Below, piece after piece: positions 1 through 11,419 of a stretch of DNA of 64,000 nt. The stretch lies in NCBI RefSeq assembly GCF_009914755.1, contig NC_060926.1; one strand, 5' to 3'. Source of the DNA: the human T2T-CHM13v2.0 reference genome, Homo sapiens. Each line of letters opens with the position of its first letter. The stretch's first letter is position 1. The notes under the pieces were generated by a model. It was not told the DNA's origin. It searched no databases and saw nothing but the letters and a program-made list of their open reading frames with translations. Both the position numbers and the translations under genes were made by a program.

Positions 1-482
1 AACATTCTTAAATATCTGCTAGCCGTAATAAAGAAATTGATGTACTTTATGTTCTTGGCTTCCACAATTTAGCCTAAATTTTGCCCTGGCATGCTTATAC
101 TGGTCCAAGCAAGCATTAGGTCATAGCCTGTTCCTCTTCCTTATTTGAAGATGTTTTTACCTTTCTTAGCATTCCACAAGTTACTTCCTCCTTCCTTTGT
201 TCTATTCTGCCTTTGCCTCTTTTAAAAAGTTCTAAGTTGCTAGCCAATTGGGGCAAATACAGAATGTGAGGTCCCATTCCAGCCAATGGAAACTGGACAC
301 AGCAGTAGGGTGGATGCATCAGGTTATAAATCACCCTGTCTCCTTTGTTTGGTGTACTCTTGTGACAAAACTGTTGGCGAGTGTACCCTTTCTGCAGAAA
401 GTAAAAATGGCCTTGCTGAGGAAATTAAATTTATGTTCAGGTGCTATTTCTTTATGGTACCGGCGAACAAGCATTCCTAACA
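1..482 (+). mobile_element. ERV1 LTR, LTR10 family (LTR10C-like), 5' part outside the window
   Basis: Ends in the LTR10-type terminus ...tgctatttctttatggtaccggcgaacaagcattcctaaca. CCAAT at 244 and 283, TATAAA at 325, AGTAAA/ATTAAA near 400-430. Confidence 0.75.
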
Positions 483-969
483 CCTTTTAAGCTGTATGTC
501 CATGTGTAAGTGTTCATTCATCTAAAGACATATGTGGTTAAATTCTTCTCATCTATAACTAAGATGTGAGTCCTGAAGACATTCTTTGGAGCTTCAGTAA
601 ATTTACTTAACCTAAATGGGTCCAGGTACTGGGGTGATTACCCTTATGTTGTCTCCTGCTAAATCATGGAGCTTAGGGAGTTCCTTTAGACCCCCAATAA
701 ACTTGTTTCTGGAGGCCTGGGCAGTTTCTTCAGACCCCCAATAAAACTTGTTTAATCCTAAAAGGGTCCTGTTAAGAATTCCTTCATTAACTTGTCATGC
801 TTCGAAGCCCAGGAAAGATCTAGGCAAACTCTTGGTGAATTTTTTGTTACATTTCAGCCTTTGTATAAGGACGCTGGCTCAATCAGCTTTTAATGTTTAA
901 CCTAGCTACTCGTTCAGTGCTGAGACAGTTGTAATGGATGCCTGCGTTAGTGAGACCTGGGCTGCCACA
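483..969 (-). mobile_element. ERV LTR, 5' portion (LTR62/LTR64-like; subfamily uncertain)
   Basis: Reverse strand begins TGTGGCAGCCCAGGTCTCACTAACGCAGG, a TG-start LTR terminus. Internal direct repeat agacccccaataaa(a)cttgttt at ~688 and ~732. Confidence 0.6.
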
Positions 970-2283
970 AAACTTTGAACTTGAATGTGATGATTTTGGG
1001 TATCTGGCAGAAGAAATTTTTAGGCAACAAAGCATTCAAGATTTGGCCTGGCTACTTCTAACACCTATTCTCAGATGTGAGAGCAAAGAAATGCCTTAAA
1101 ATTGAAACTTATATTTAAAAGAAAAGCAGAGCATAAAGGTTTGAAAAAGTTGCAGCCTGGTCATGTGGCAAAGAAAGAAAAAGCTTTTTCAGGAGAGGAT
1201 TTCAAGTAGGCTGTGGAGCTACCACTTGCTACAGAAATTTGCATTAACTAAAAAGAACCCAAGGGCTAATATCCAAGACAATGGGGAAAAGGTCTCAAAG
1301 GCATCTCAGATAATTTTGTGGCAGCCCCTTCTATCACATGCCCTGTGGTCTGGAAGGAAAGAATGCTTTCATGGGCCAGGCTAACAGGGCTCTGCTGCCC
1401 TGCACAGTCTTAGGACACTACTCCTCACATCCAGTACTGCTCCAGCTCCAGCCTCGGCTCAAAGTGGCTGAGGTTCAACTTGGGCTTATTTGTGGAGGGG
1501 GCAACTTGCCATGAGCTTTGGTGGCTTTTACATGGTGTTAAGCCTGCAGGTAGACAGAGGGCAAGTGTGAAGGAGATTTGGCACCCTAGATTTGAAAGGA
1601 TGTATGAGAAAGCCTGAGTGTCCAGGCAGAAGCCTATTACAAGGGCAGCACACTCACAGAAAACCTCTACTAGGGCAGTGTGGATGGGAAATGTAGGGTT
1701 TGATGCCCCACACAGAGTTCCCATTGAGGCACTGCCTAGGGGAGCTGTGGGAAGAGGGCCACTGTTCTACAGACCCTGTAATGATAGATCCACAAGCAAC
1801 ATGCACACTGCACCTGGAAAAGCTGCAGGCACTCAACCACTTGTGAAAACAGTCTCTGGGGTTATACCCTGCAAAGCTACAAAGGTGGCGATGCCCAAGG
1901 CCTTGGGAGCCCACCACTTGTACCATTGGGCCCTAGATGTGGGACATGGAGTAAAAGGTGATTATTTCAGAGATTTGAGATTTAAGGACTACCCTGCTGG
2001 GTTTCAGACTTGCATGAGACCTGTTGCCCCTTTCTTTTGGCCAGTTTCTCCCATTGGAAACAATAATATTTACCAAATGCTTGTACCCCCATTGTGGAAG
2101 TAAATCACTTGGTTTTGATTTTACAGGCTCACAGGTAGAAAGGACTTCCTTTGTTTCAGACGAGAGTTTGGATTTTTGTGTTCATGCTGGAATGAATTAA
2201 GACTTTGGAGGGTTAATGGAAAGGCACTATTGTATTTTGAAATGTTAGAATGACATGAGATTTGGGACGGGCCATGGGAGGAA
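970..2283 (+). mobile_element. MaLR internal region (MST-int / THE1-int type)
   Basis: Characteristic motifs gggtatctggcagaagaaatt, ggacatggagtaaaaggtgattattt, gattttacaggctcacagg. ORF 1618-2103 is a remnant of the MaLR internal ORF. Purine-rich tract before the LTR. Confidence 0.9.
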
Positions 2284-2695
2284 TGTGTGTCCCTGCCCAA
2301 ATCTCATATTAAAATGTAATCCCCAGTGTTGGAGGTGGAGCCTGGTGGGAGGTGATTGGATCATGGGGGCAGATTTCTCATGAATGACTTAGCACCATCC
2401 CCCTTGGTACTGTCCTCATAATAGTAAGTGAGATCTCATGATATCTAGTCAGTTAAAAGTGTGTTGCGCCTCCCCCTTCTCTCTCTTGCTCTTGGTTTCA
2501 CCATGTGATGTGCCCGCTCCCCCTTTACTTTCTGCCATGATTGTAAGCTTCCTGAGGCCTCCCTGGAAGCTGAGAAGCTGCCAGCATTATTCTTCCTGTA
2601 AAGCATGTGGAACATGAGCCAATTAAAACTCTTTTCTTTATACATTACCCAGTCTCAGGTATTTCTTTATAGCAATGCAAGAATGGACTAATATA
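2284..2695 (+). mobile_element. MaLR 3' LTR (MSTA-like)
   Basis: tgtaatccccagtgttggaggtggagcctggtgggaggtgattggatcatggggg ... tacccagtctcaggtatttctttatagcaatgcaagaatggactaatata. Confidence 0.9.
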
Positions 2696-2852
2696 ATGTA
2701 CAATAGACTTCTTGAACTTACTTCTCCTAACTGACATTTTGTATCCTTTGGGCAACATCTCCCAATTGCCCAGACCCACTCCTGGTAACCACCCCATCAT
2801 CTGCTTCTATAATTTCAACATTTTAGTTTCCACATATAAGTAATGTCATGTG
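2696..2852 (-). mobile_element. Old L1 (L1MA/MB) 3' UTR fragment
   Basis: tgtacaatagacttcttgaactta ... tttgtatcctttg ... ttccacatataagt, an antisense L1M 3' UTR pattern. Confidence 0.65.
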
Positions 2853-2952
2853 ACCATCTTTCAAAATTTTTTTTAAATAAATGAGTTGTGAGATTCTCCA
2901 AAGTTAATCAATACCTTAACTTTTAATCCCCTGTACTGGCAGAATCTATAAA

Positions 2953-3014
2953 CTATATATATTTATGTGTGTGGATGCACCGTATAGGTGTGTGTGTGTG
3001 TATATATATATGTA
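2953..3014. repeat. (TA)n/(TG)n microsatellite
   Basis: Visible dinucleotide runs. Confidence 0.8.
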
Positions 3015-3353
3015 TTTAATAGTGATATTTTGTAGAGAAGGGAAGCTGTCTTGATTACCTCAATAATCTCATTCTCTAGGAGAGTGTCCTATTTTTTTTT
3101 TTAATTTGCTTAACATTTGCCAAATATCTACTATACACCTGGCAACATGTTAGGTATTTTAGAAGTACTCAGACATGCTATTGAATAAATGAATGAATAG
3201 ACCCTCAGTGTATCATGCTACCAATATTTTCATTGAAATTTCAGAACTTAGTTCAACTAAAGAGGCTTTGTAAATGTTATATTATAAAGTAGTAGGAAAT
3301 TTGATTTGAAATATATTTTAGAGTGTTTAGCTTTTATAGTAAAATTTTCTACA

Positions 3354-3389
3354 CTACACTAGATCTTAGCCAAAAGTCTGAGAAGTGAT
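3354..3389 (-). pseudogene. 3'-truncated U2 snRNA retropseudogene (U2 nt 1-36)
   Basis: Reverse complement ATCACTTCTCAGACTTTTGGCTAAGATCTAGTGTAG versus U2 5' end ATCGCTTCTCGGCCTTTTGGCTAAGATCAAGTGTAG: 32/36, two differences at CpGs. Flanked by the direct repeat tagtaaa(a/g)ttttctaca. Confidence 0.9.
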
Positions 3390-5859
3390 TATTTAGTAAA
3401 GTTTTCTACATGACAAAAATCTAACCATTTACATTTTAGAAAATGTAGCCAATAGGTTAAAACTGAGAGCAGAAAAAATCACTCATATTTCAACACCTAG
3501 AAACAATCTTTTTTAATATTTAAAGTATTTCTCTAGTCTTCTTGCATGCATATTGTCATTTCATGATTATCAATATATAAGCAATCCTTCACTCTTCGGT
3601 TTCAATATCTCCATCTGGCATTTTTTTTTTTTGGAAGATATATCTCCTGTAAAATGAAAAAGAACTGTGCCAGGCATAGTAAAGTATACCTAAGTTTTTA
3701 AAAATTGGCATAGAGGAATAGAGTGTACTTTTTTATATACCTTATATGTTTTGAATATTTATAATGGAATGGATTTCCATCTCTTAATTCTGGTATGATT
3801 TCATGCCTATTTTATATCTGGGGAATGGACTGATTAGCTCAGAAGGTCCCTGCCAGTCTGTGGGTTTTAGAACCTTCAGCAAGCACTGTTTGTGTTTGCC
3901 CCAATATCTTGATAAACAGAAATCCTACTCAACACCAATTGTTGTGTGATCTTAGACACATTTGGCAAATTCAAGCTTCCAATAAGTTTTCAGAGTTTCT
4001 GACCTTGAGTTTCAGGGCTTGTCGGTCTTTTATGAGGACTCTATCAGGCCAAATACAAACATATTAACATCAGGGAAGAGGAGCCATGAGAAGCAATGTT
4101 GAACAGCATTGTGCCATTTTCTGAGGTAGAAATAAGATCGCAATGAAAGCAAGGAAGATATTGCAGTGAGGCCTGATTTAAAAAGGTAATAGTTATTAAA
4201 TGAAGAGGAAAAATTGAGTGTAACAGCCATAAGAAGCAGGCTAAGTTTTCTTTTGATGGTAGCTTTTTACATTTGTCAAGTAAAAATCAATTGCTTTGAG
4301 CTCTATTCCCTTCCCCCAAATATTCTTAGTCTCTGTTGCTATATTCAAAATGCTGAATATACAAAGAAAGAAAAAAACAGCAACAATTCACATAATACAC
4401 CAAACTAATTTCATTTTGAGGGTGAACTGAATTGGAAAAATCTCATTTTCTTAAGAAAACTATGTATCTCATAAAGTCTTTATGTGCTTTGGAGGAATAT
4501 GCCTTTGCCCAAAGGAGATGCTTGTGCCTTGTCTGGGGAGGTAGTGAGAGAGAAAGAAAGAAGAATAAAAAAGAAAACGACTTTTTTCCCTACAAATAAA
4601 GCGCAAAGGGCTAGACATTTTAATTCCTTCATTTTCCCATTATTTCTTGGTTGATCAATCAGTTTCCCCAAGCAGACTTCACTTTTCTGCTTTTCTCTTG
4701 CCTCTGCCTATGCAAATTGCAACCTGCTTTTAATTATACAAGGTGCACTCTCACCAACTGATGATAATGGAGTGAAAATAGGAAGTGCATTAAGCAGCTT
4801 CAGTGGGATTTTATATGCACCGTAATGACCTTTCAATATGAATTCATAGTGAGGAAAGGATTTATATTTTTCATATTGTATAGGAAGTTGTTCTTTGTTA
4901 TAAGACGTCACTTGCAATCCCTAGTGACATTTGAATAAAGGTGTAAAAATGTCGTATTTTACCATTGACACATCCCGTCTGTTCTCTCTTGTCATGGGAT
5001 AAGGGGCTTTTTCATGCATATATATGACAGCTCAAGATGTACTTTCAATTGGGTTTTCTTTCCTTGAGTTATTAAATATTCAGGATGTTCATTATGCACC
5101 AGAGCCTGAATAATATAATATTAGTGGGAAACCTTTGTGGGAGCTTTTATTACCATTATTAATATTAATCTTGTGTGCTGCACTCATTTTTCTACTTTGC
5201 AAACATAAATGTCAATAGAATAAGTAAACCACACCTGTCACCCACCTCCATAGGTAAGGGCAAAAAAAAGAAGCTTTAGAGTGAAAACAAGAACATTTTT
5301 TACCTCACTTTTTCAAACAGTAAAAGAGGGGCAATGGGAACCCATCTATCCGATTTCTGCTCCTAAAGAGAGCAAATTTGGTAGGTGGGAAAATTAAAGT
5401 TCGAGAAGTGAGAAAAGTTCCCAATGTAAAATATGGTGAAAGTAGAAGAGATTGCACTGAAACCCAAGGAAGGCTTCTGTATTCCCCAGACAAGGCATCT
5501 TCCGCTATTTCATACTGCTTTGAGAAAGTTGAATAAAAGTCATTGCTGTCTCTGCTGTTCAATTAAACTTGAGTTCTGGAAAGTCAGTAACTATATTCAA
5601 GCTTTATTTTGTTCAGAATCCAAACCTTGATTATGTCATATAATTGAAAATAATAACTATCTTGTATAGAATCAAAATAATATCTAATGTTTGAGATGCA
5701 CTCTGCAGCTTATCAATGTGCTCACATATATTTTTCCAACAGCGCCTGCTAAATGCATGCATAAATACGTGATTGAAAGTCCTAATCTAGTTTTGTGAGT
5801 CACATGCTAATAGTGTGGTAGAACAGTCTGCAACAGAATAGATTCCTCAGCATGGCATA

Positions 5860-6290
5860 GAAAGGCTTTCTTGATTTAGCTCCTCCTCATTTTCTGGCCT
5901 CTCCTCAATACTCTTTCTTTCCAATGATCATTTGTGATCATTCACATGGCATTACCTTCTGTTCTACATTAAAATGCATTTGTTCATGCTTGGCCTGTGC
6001 TCATGCTGCATTGTTTTCTATGAACATTTCTGTTATGACTTAATGAAGAATTTGCCCTCTTTTCCCCATTCATATGTTATTTCTCTGTTCAGATTTCAGT
6101 TCTTTCAAGAAAGCACCTCTGATACATCTCAAGTATATATTGTGATCCACCTGAGAGCTATTAGCACCTTATTTTGTAATTATCATCTATTCTTTCTGTA
6201 AGCTACTTAAGAGCAAAACTTTATGTATTATTCAAGCACTTAGTCTCCTGTGCCTATGGGTATTCAGTGAAGAGTTTTGGAATAAACAAA
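5860..6290 (+). mobile_element. L2 3' end fragment (degraded)
   Basis: ctgtaagctacttaagagcaaaa ... gggtattcagtgaagagttttggaataaa resembles the L2 3' terminus. Confidence 0.45.
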
Positions 6291-6792
6291 AATCAAATTA
6301 CTTGTTGAAATATCACTAGTGACAAAGATAATAAGGTCAAACATTTTGACTCTGCATCTCCCCATTTTGTGCAGTGTGGTGTGTTGGGAAGCCTAGTATC
6401 TTTGGAACAATACAGAGACATTGACATTCATTCTCACTGTAACATACCCAACAGAGTCTGTTTCTTAATCAGCAAGATTCTGAAAACACTCTGATGAGGT
6501 TAATGGAAAAAATGAAATGGAATAATGCATGTGGTTTTTCTGGCATAGGAAATGCTCCACACACGTTAGCTATTACAATACTTTCTTTCCCCTGTCCCTT
6601 CAATGTTGATCCTCTTCAGGCTCACACCAAGAGTCCCCTTCCTCTCTCTGTGTGTGCATTGACCTTGACCAATTCATCCATCTCATGCCTACAATGGCCA
6701 TCCTTCTGATCATGGCTCCCAGATCCTTCTCCGGATTTCATTTCTCTCTCAACTCCTTTCCCTTCATGTCCCCAGAGAACTTTAAAACTTTT

Positions 6793-7105
<313 letters not shown>

Positions 7106-7304
7106 CTTTCAGGTTGGTATAATCAAGAGGCTAAGAATCTCTTTACCACACTTGTATAAATATTCATATGTGTTCCCTTGAAAAACATTGATATATTTAT
7201 TAAACAGGGTGCTGTCTCAGACTCTGATGGAAGTGTGCTGTGATAAATGGAATGTGGACTGTGTGTTGAATTATGTGTTAAGAATTTTGAAAAGGCAACA
7301 TGAA

Positions 7305-7420
7305 CTTAATACCTCTTTATTAGGTTGTTATGGTGATCAAATTGAGTTAATACATGTAAAGTAATTAGAACTATGACTGGCACATTATAAGGAATGAATA
7401 GATTTTAGTTTTTATTATGA
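7305..7420 (+). mobile_element. MIR 3' fragment
   Basis: taggttgttatggtgatcaaattgagttaatacatgtaaagtaattagaactatgactggcacat. Confidence 0.7.
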
Positions 7421-7859
7421 TATCCAAAGCTGAAGTAATTATATGCTTTCCCAATTTTACTATTTTTCACGTGTTTTCTACCTCAGATTTTGAAACTTCT
7501 AGTTTCTTTGCTTCTTAATTTATACATTAGTAATTCAACATTAATGCTTCCCACTCTAAACCCTAACCCCATCCAATCAATCACAAAACCAGGCCAGCTC
7601 TACCACCTTAATATTTTTTCAATGTTTTTATATGTTTAATTTCTACAGCTATCTTTTCTCCATCAATACTCCCATCCCTAAGTTCAGGCCATATTACAGC
7701 ATAGTTTTTAAACATTTTTTAAACTAAAAATTTAATTCACACATGCTAAAAAGTTAGAGAAGAACAGAAAAGTGAGAAAATGTGTTTCTCCTACCCTATG
7801 TCTCCAGTCCCCCTTTCCAGGGGCAGCTACTAGAATTGTTTGAGTATTGTACTACAGGG

Positions 7860-7936
7860 TCTCTCTCTCTCTCTTTCTCTCTCGCTCTCTGTCTCACACA
7901 GACACACACACACACACCCACATGCATACACACACA
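7860..7936. repeat. (CT)n-(CA)n compound microsatellite
   Basis: Visible runs. Confidence 0.85.
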
Positions 7937-8107
7937 TTGTATATGACTTCTGTGTTTTTCTGTGTTTTACACAGGAACACTTTATTTTTGTCTTAAAATA
8001 TTAATTTTTTCCTACCAGTACATGCAAGCTCTTCACCTTTCCTATATGTCTGTGGAGGCTCCCTTGTTGAATCCTAAATTTCTTTTGTCTTGTACTTCAT
8101 TAACACT

Positions 8108-8739
8108 TTATTTTACTTTAGATCCAGGGGTACATGTACGAATTTGTTATATGGGTATATTGTGTGATGCTGAAGCTTGAGCTTCTAATGATTCAATTAC
8201 CCAGGTAGTGAGCATAGTACCCGATAGGTAGTTTTGCAATCCTTGATTCCACTTCCCTTTTGCGGCCTTCTAGTAGTCCCCAGTGTCTATCATTGTCATG
8301 GATATGTCCATGAGTACCTGATATTTAGATCCCCCTTATACGTGAGAACATGTGTTATTTGGCTTTCTGTTCCTGAATTAATTCACTGAGGATAACGGCC
8401 TCCAGCTGGATCCAGGTGTTGCAAAGGACATGATTTCTTTCTGTTTGGTATTTCCTGGTAAATACCAAAAAAAAAATGTACCACATTTTCTTCATCCAAT
8501 CCACCATTGATAGACACCTAGGTTTATTCCATGTCTTCGCTATTTTGAAGTACTGTGATGAGCATGCTAGTACATGTGTCTTTTTAGTAGAATTATTTGT
8601 TTTCTATTGGATATATACCCAGAAATGGAATTGCTGGGTCGAACGGTAGTTTGGTTTTCAGTTTTGTTGAGAAATCTCCAAACTACTTTACACAGTGGCT
8701 GAACTAATTTACATTCCCACCAATAGAGTACAAGTGTTC
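8108..8739 (-). mobile_element. 5'-truncated L1 3' end (L1PA15/16-like)
   Basis: tagatccaggggtacatg ... cccaggtagtgagcatagtacccgataggtagtttt ... gtgagaacatg ... aatggaattgctgggtcgaacggtagtt. Confidence 0.9.
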
Positions 8740-11419
8740 ATATGGACTTTTGAATGAGCTTGCCCATACTCCTCATCTTCTTATAATGAATCTGGTTAAT
8801 GGATTTATGCAAATCCCATGAAATTCCCCAAATGATTTTGGAATAATTGTGATCTTTATACGATTAGTTCTTTCTAGCTAAGAAAGTAAATTATTTTCAT
8901 AGCCAAGACTTGTTTAAACTCCTGGATAGTTTTTCTGCTTTATTGTTATTAAAAATAAAATATTTTACTATAATTTATAATTGCTCTATTTGCATGTAAG
9001 GATGTTAGCAGATAATACATTTTGTAACTAGATTAATTAAAAATTATCTTAGAGCTTTTAATAATCCTTTGACCACCTCTCAGTTTTATTTCTTCACATC
9101 TTTTGTCAGTTTCATTCCTGAAAGCCTGCAGTAAAAGGCATGGGAGAAATCCACTGTAGGTAAACTGCTACATATGTAAGGGAAAGTGCCACTTTTTTCA
9201 GGCAAAACTGTCCTTAAAGCAACATTGCAAATTGGTAAAACGAGTGTAATGATATGCATCTGCAACTACATATTTATTTTCATTTCCTGCACCTAAACCC
9301 ATCACAAAATAACATGGATTTACTATATCCAATACCCAACTCATATTTATAGACAATTCCACTCCCTCCCTTTCTAATCTAATCTTTTGTTGCTGTCATG
9401 CATTCTTCCAAATCGCTCCTTGGATATCCCTCTGAAATGCCATTACCTCAATCACATTTTGGTCTGCTAATTAATTTTTGGGTTTATTTTCTTGTTATAA
9501 AATCACTACTATAAGGTGACACCCCTATTGTCATTGCAATTAGAAGGAAAGCCTGCACAATTTAGCCTGTATTTAAATATAAATTTTTTTTCAAGATAAT
9601 TCTTTAAGGTGGCTCTTTTCACTCCTGAATCTGAAAAAATGCAAATATCCTCCAATTCCCTGGCTTCTTCTCCCTATTTTGTTTACCTTACTATATTTTC
9701 AATATGTACATTTCCCTAATTTATTGACATCTCTGTTATGTATTTTAATGAACATTACTAACAACTGCTCCAACCTAATCTTTACTTCCATTGATCACTA
9801 GCGCCCAATGAATATTTTCAGCTGATAGACATGTAATTTTTTGAAATATCATTATATTAACTTTTTAAAAATAAGATCATCTTTTCTCTTTCATTTACTT
9901 TTTTAAACATAAAATTACATGTCGCTGCATATTATTGTACTCTTTCTGTTAGTGTTTGTCTAATACTTACTTTCTTAATATTTTTCCTTCTACATTTCTG
10001 TCAACTTCACCAGGATATATCCACAATTTTTTTGAAATTCAGCATTTTTCTTTCTTGGACCTAGTGCTCTCATTCTACCTTTTGATGTACATTTTATTTT
10101 ATTTAAAGCAAATGTCATTATTATATATTTAAATATATTTTATTATTGATCTATATCATTTTATTCTGGAACAATTCATGTGGAGACATTATATATTGTC
10201 TCATCTCTTTCCTTGCTACCATGTAAGCCATTCTCTACACTGAATCAAGAATGATCTTTCTAAAATATAAACATATAAGTCATAGAGAATAGAGACAACT
10301 TAATTTGAATGAAATGAAACAGATGTATTGGAAACTAAGAAAGAAGAAGTGATTAAAAAAAAGAACCTAGAAGCCCTTGAAATCTGGATTGAGATGTTCT
10401 GCATTTATGTGGTCATAGAAACCACTGGAAGGAGTTAACTGGGAAGCATTCTCAAAGCAAAACCACAGGAAGAACAAGCTGGTGTCAGTATAGAGGACAG
10501 GCAGAGAACCAGGACCCAAGGAGAGAGAAGAGGTCAGATTATTCAAAGGTGGAAAGAAACTAACACTATTTTGGAAGACTTAAATCAATAATGAAAGCCT
10601 TCATTTGTAGATTTTTGTCAAAAAATCGAGAACAAAAGTTCCCATTGAACAATAAAAATCTTATCTAACTTGAATAAATGTCCTGTTTTTTGTTTACTGA
10701 ATTGTTCTAATACAAAGGCTCTATTTTCTATGAAAAAAAACAAAAAACAAAAAAACAAAAACAAAAAGAAAACCACATTTTCACTTTATTTTGCCTAAAA
10801 CATTCTTCAGAAGTTGGTAACTGAAAGAAAATTATTCACATTATTAACTATGTATTCTTCACAATCTCAAATATTTGAGATGAAAAGCATATTGAGATGA
10901 AAGGAGAAAAGAAAATGTGGTTAAGTTGAACAAAAAATTTCTTTTTATTTTTTATGACAGTTCTAGTCACCGACTATAAATTATTGAACTTTATTTTCTA
11001 AAGCATTCATTTTTTTCTATTTCTCTGAGATGAACTTTTTTTAAATTTTATTTTAAAATGTGTTGGTGAATTCAGTATAACATATAAATGAAGACTTAGC
11101 AGTAATTGGGGATTGAAAACCATGAGTTTGTATCCTAGCTCCCTACTTCTAATTCCATGACCAAGCTTAATTCATTTAGAAAATTTTTGAAACAAAATTT
11201 TTAAAGTAAATTTTAATAAGGTACCATATGTAAGAAATAAGTTTATTGCTTGGGTCAATTAAATTAAAATTAGCACAATTTAATTAAGTGAATGTAATGA
11301 AATGAACAAACCTTTATTGACAGCCTGATGATTAACAGGGATTTAAATTCAATTGGAAAGGTGCACGCACTACCATCACCGCCACATGTCTCATGCCCTC
11401 TGATCCAGGGTAAACAAGG

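Noticed and set aside
1618-2103. Longest ORF (161 aa) as a gene
   Set aside because: It lies wholly within MST-int, has a non-ATG start, and is a decayed MaLR ORF remnant
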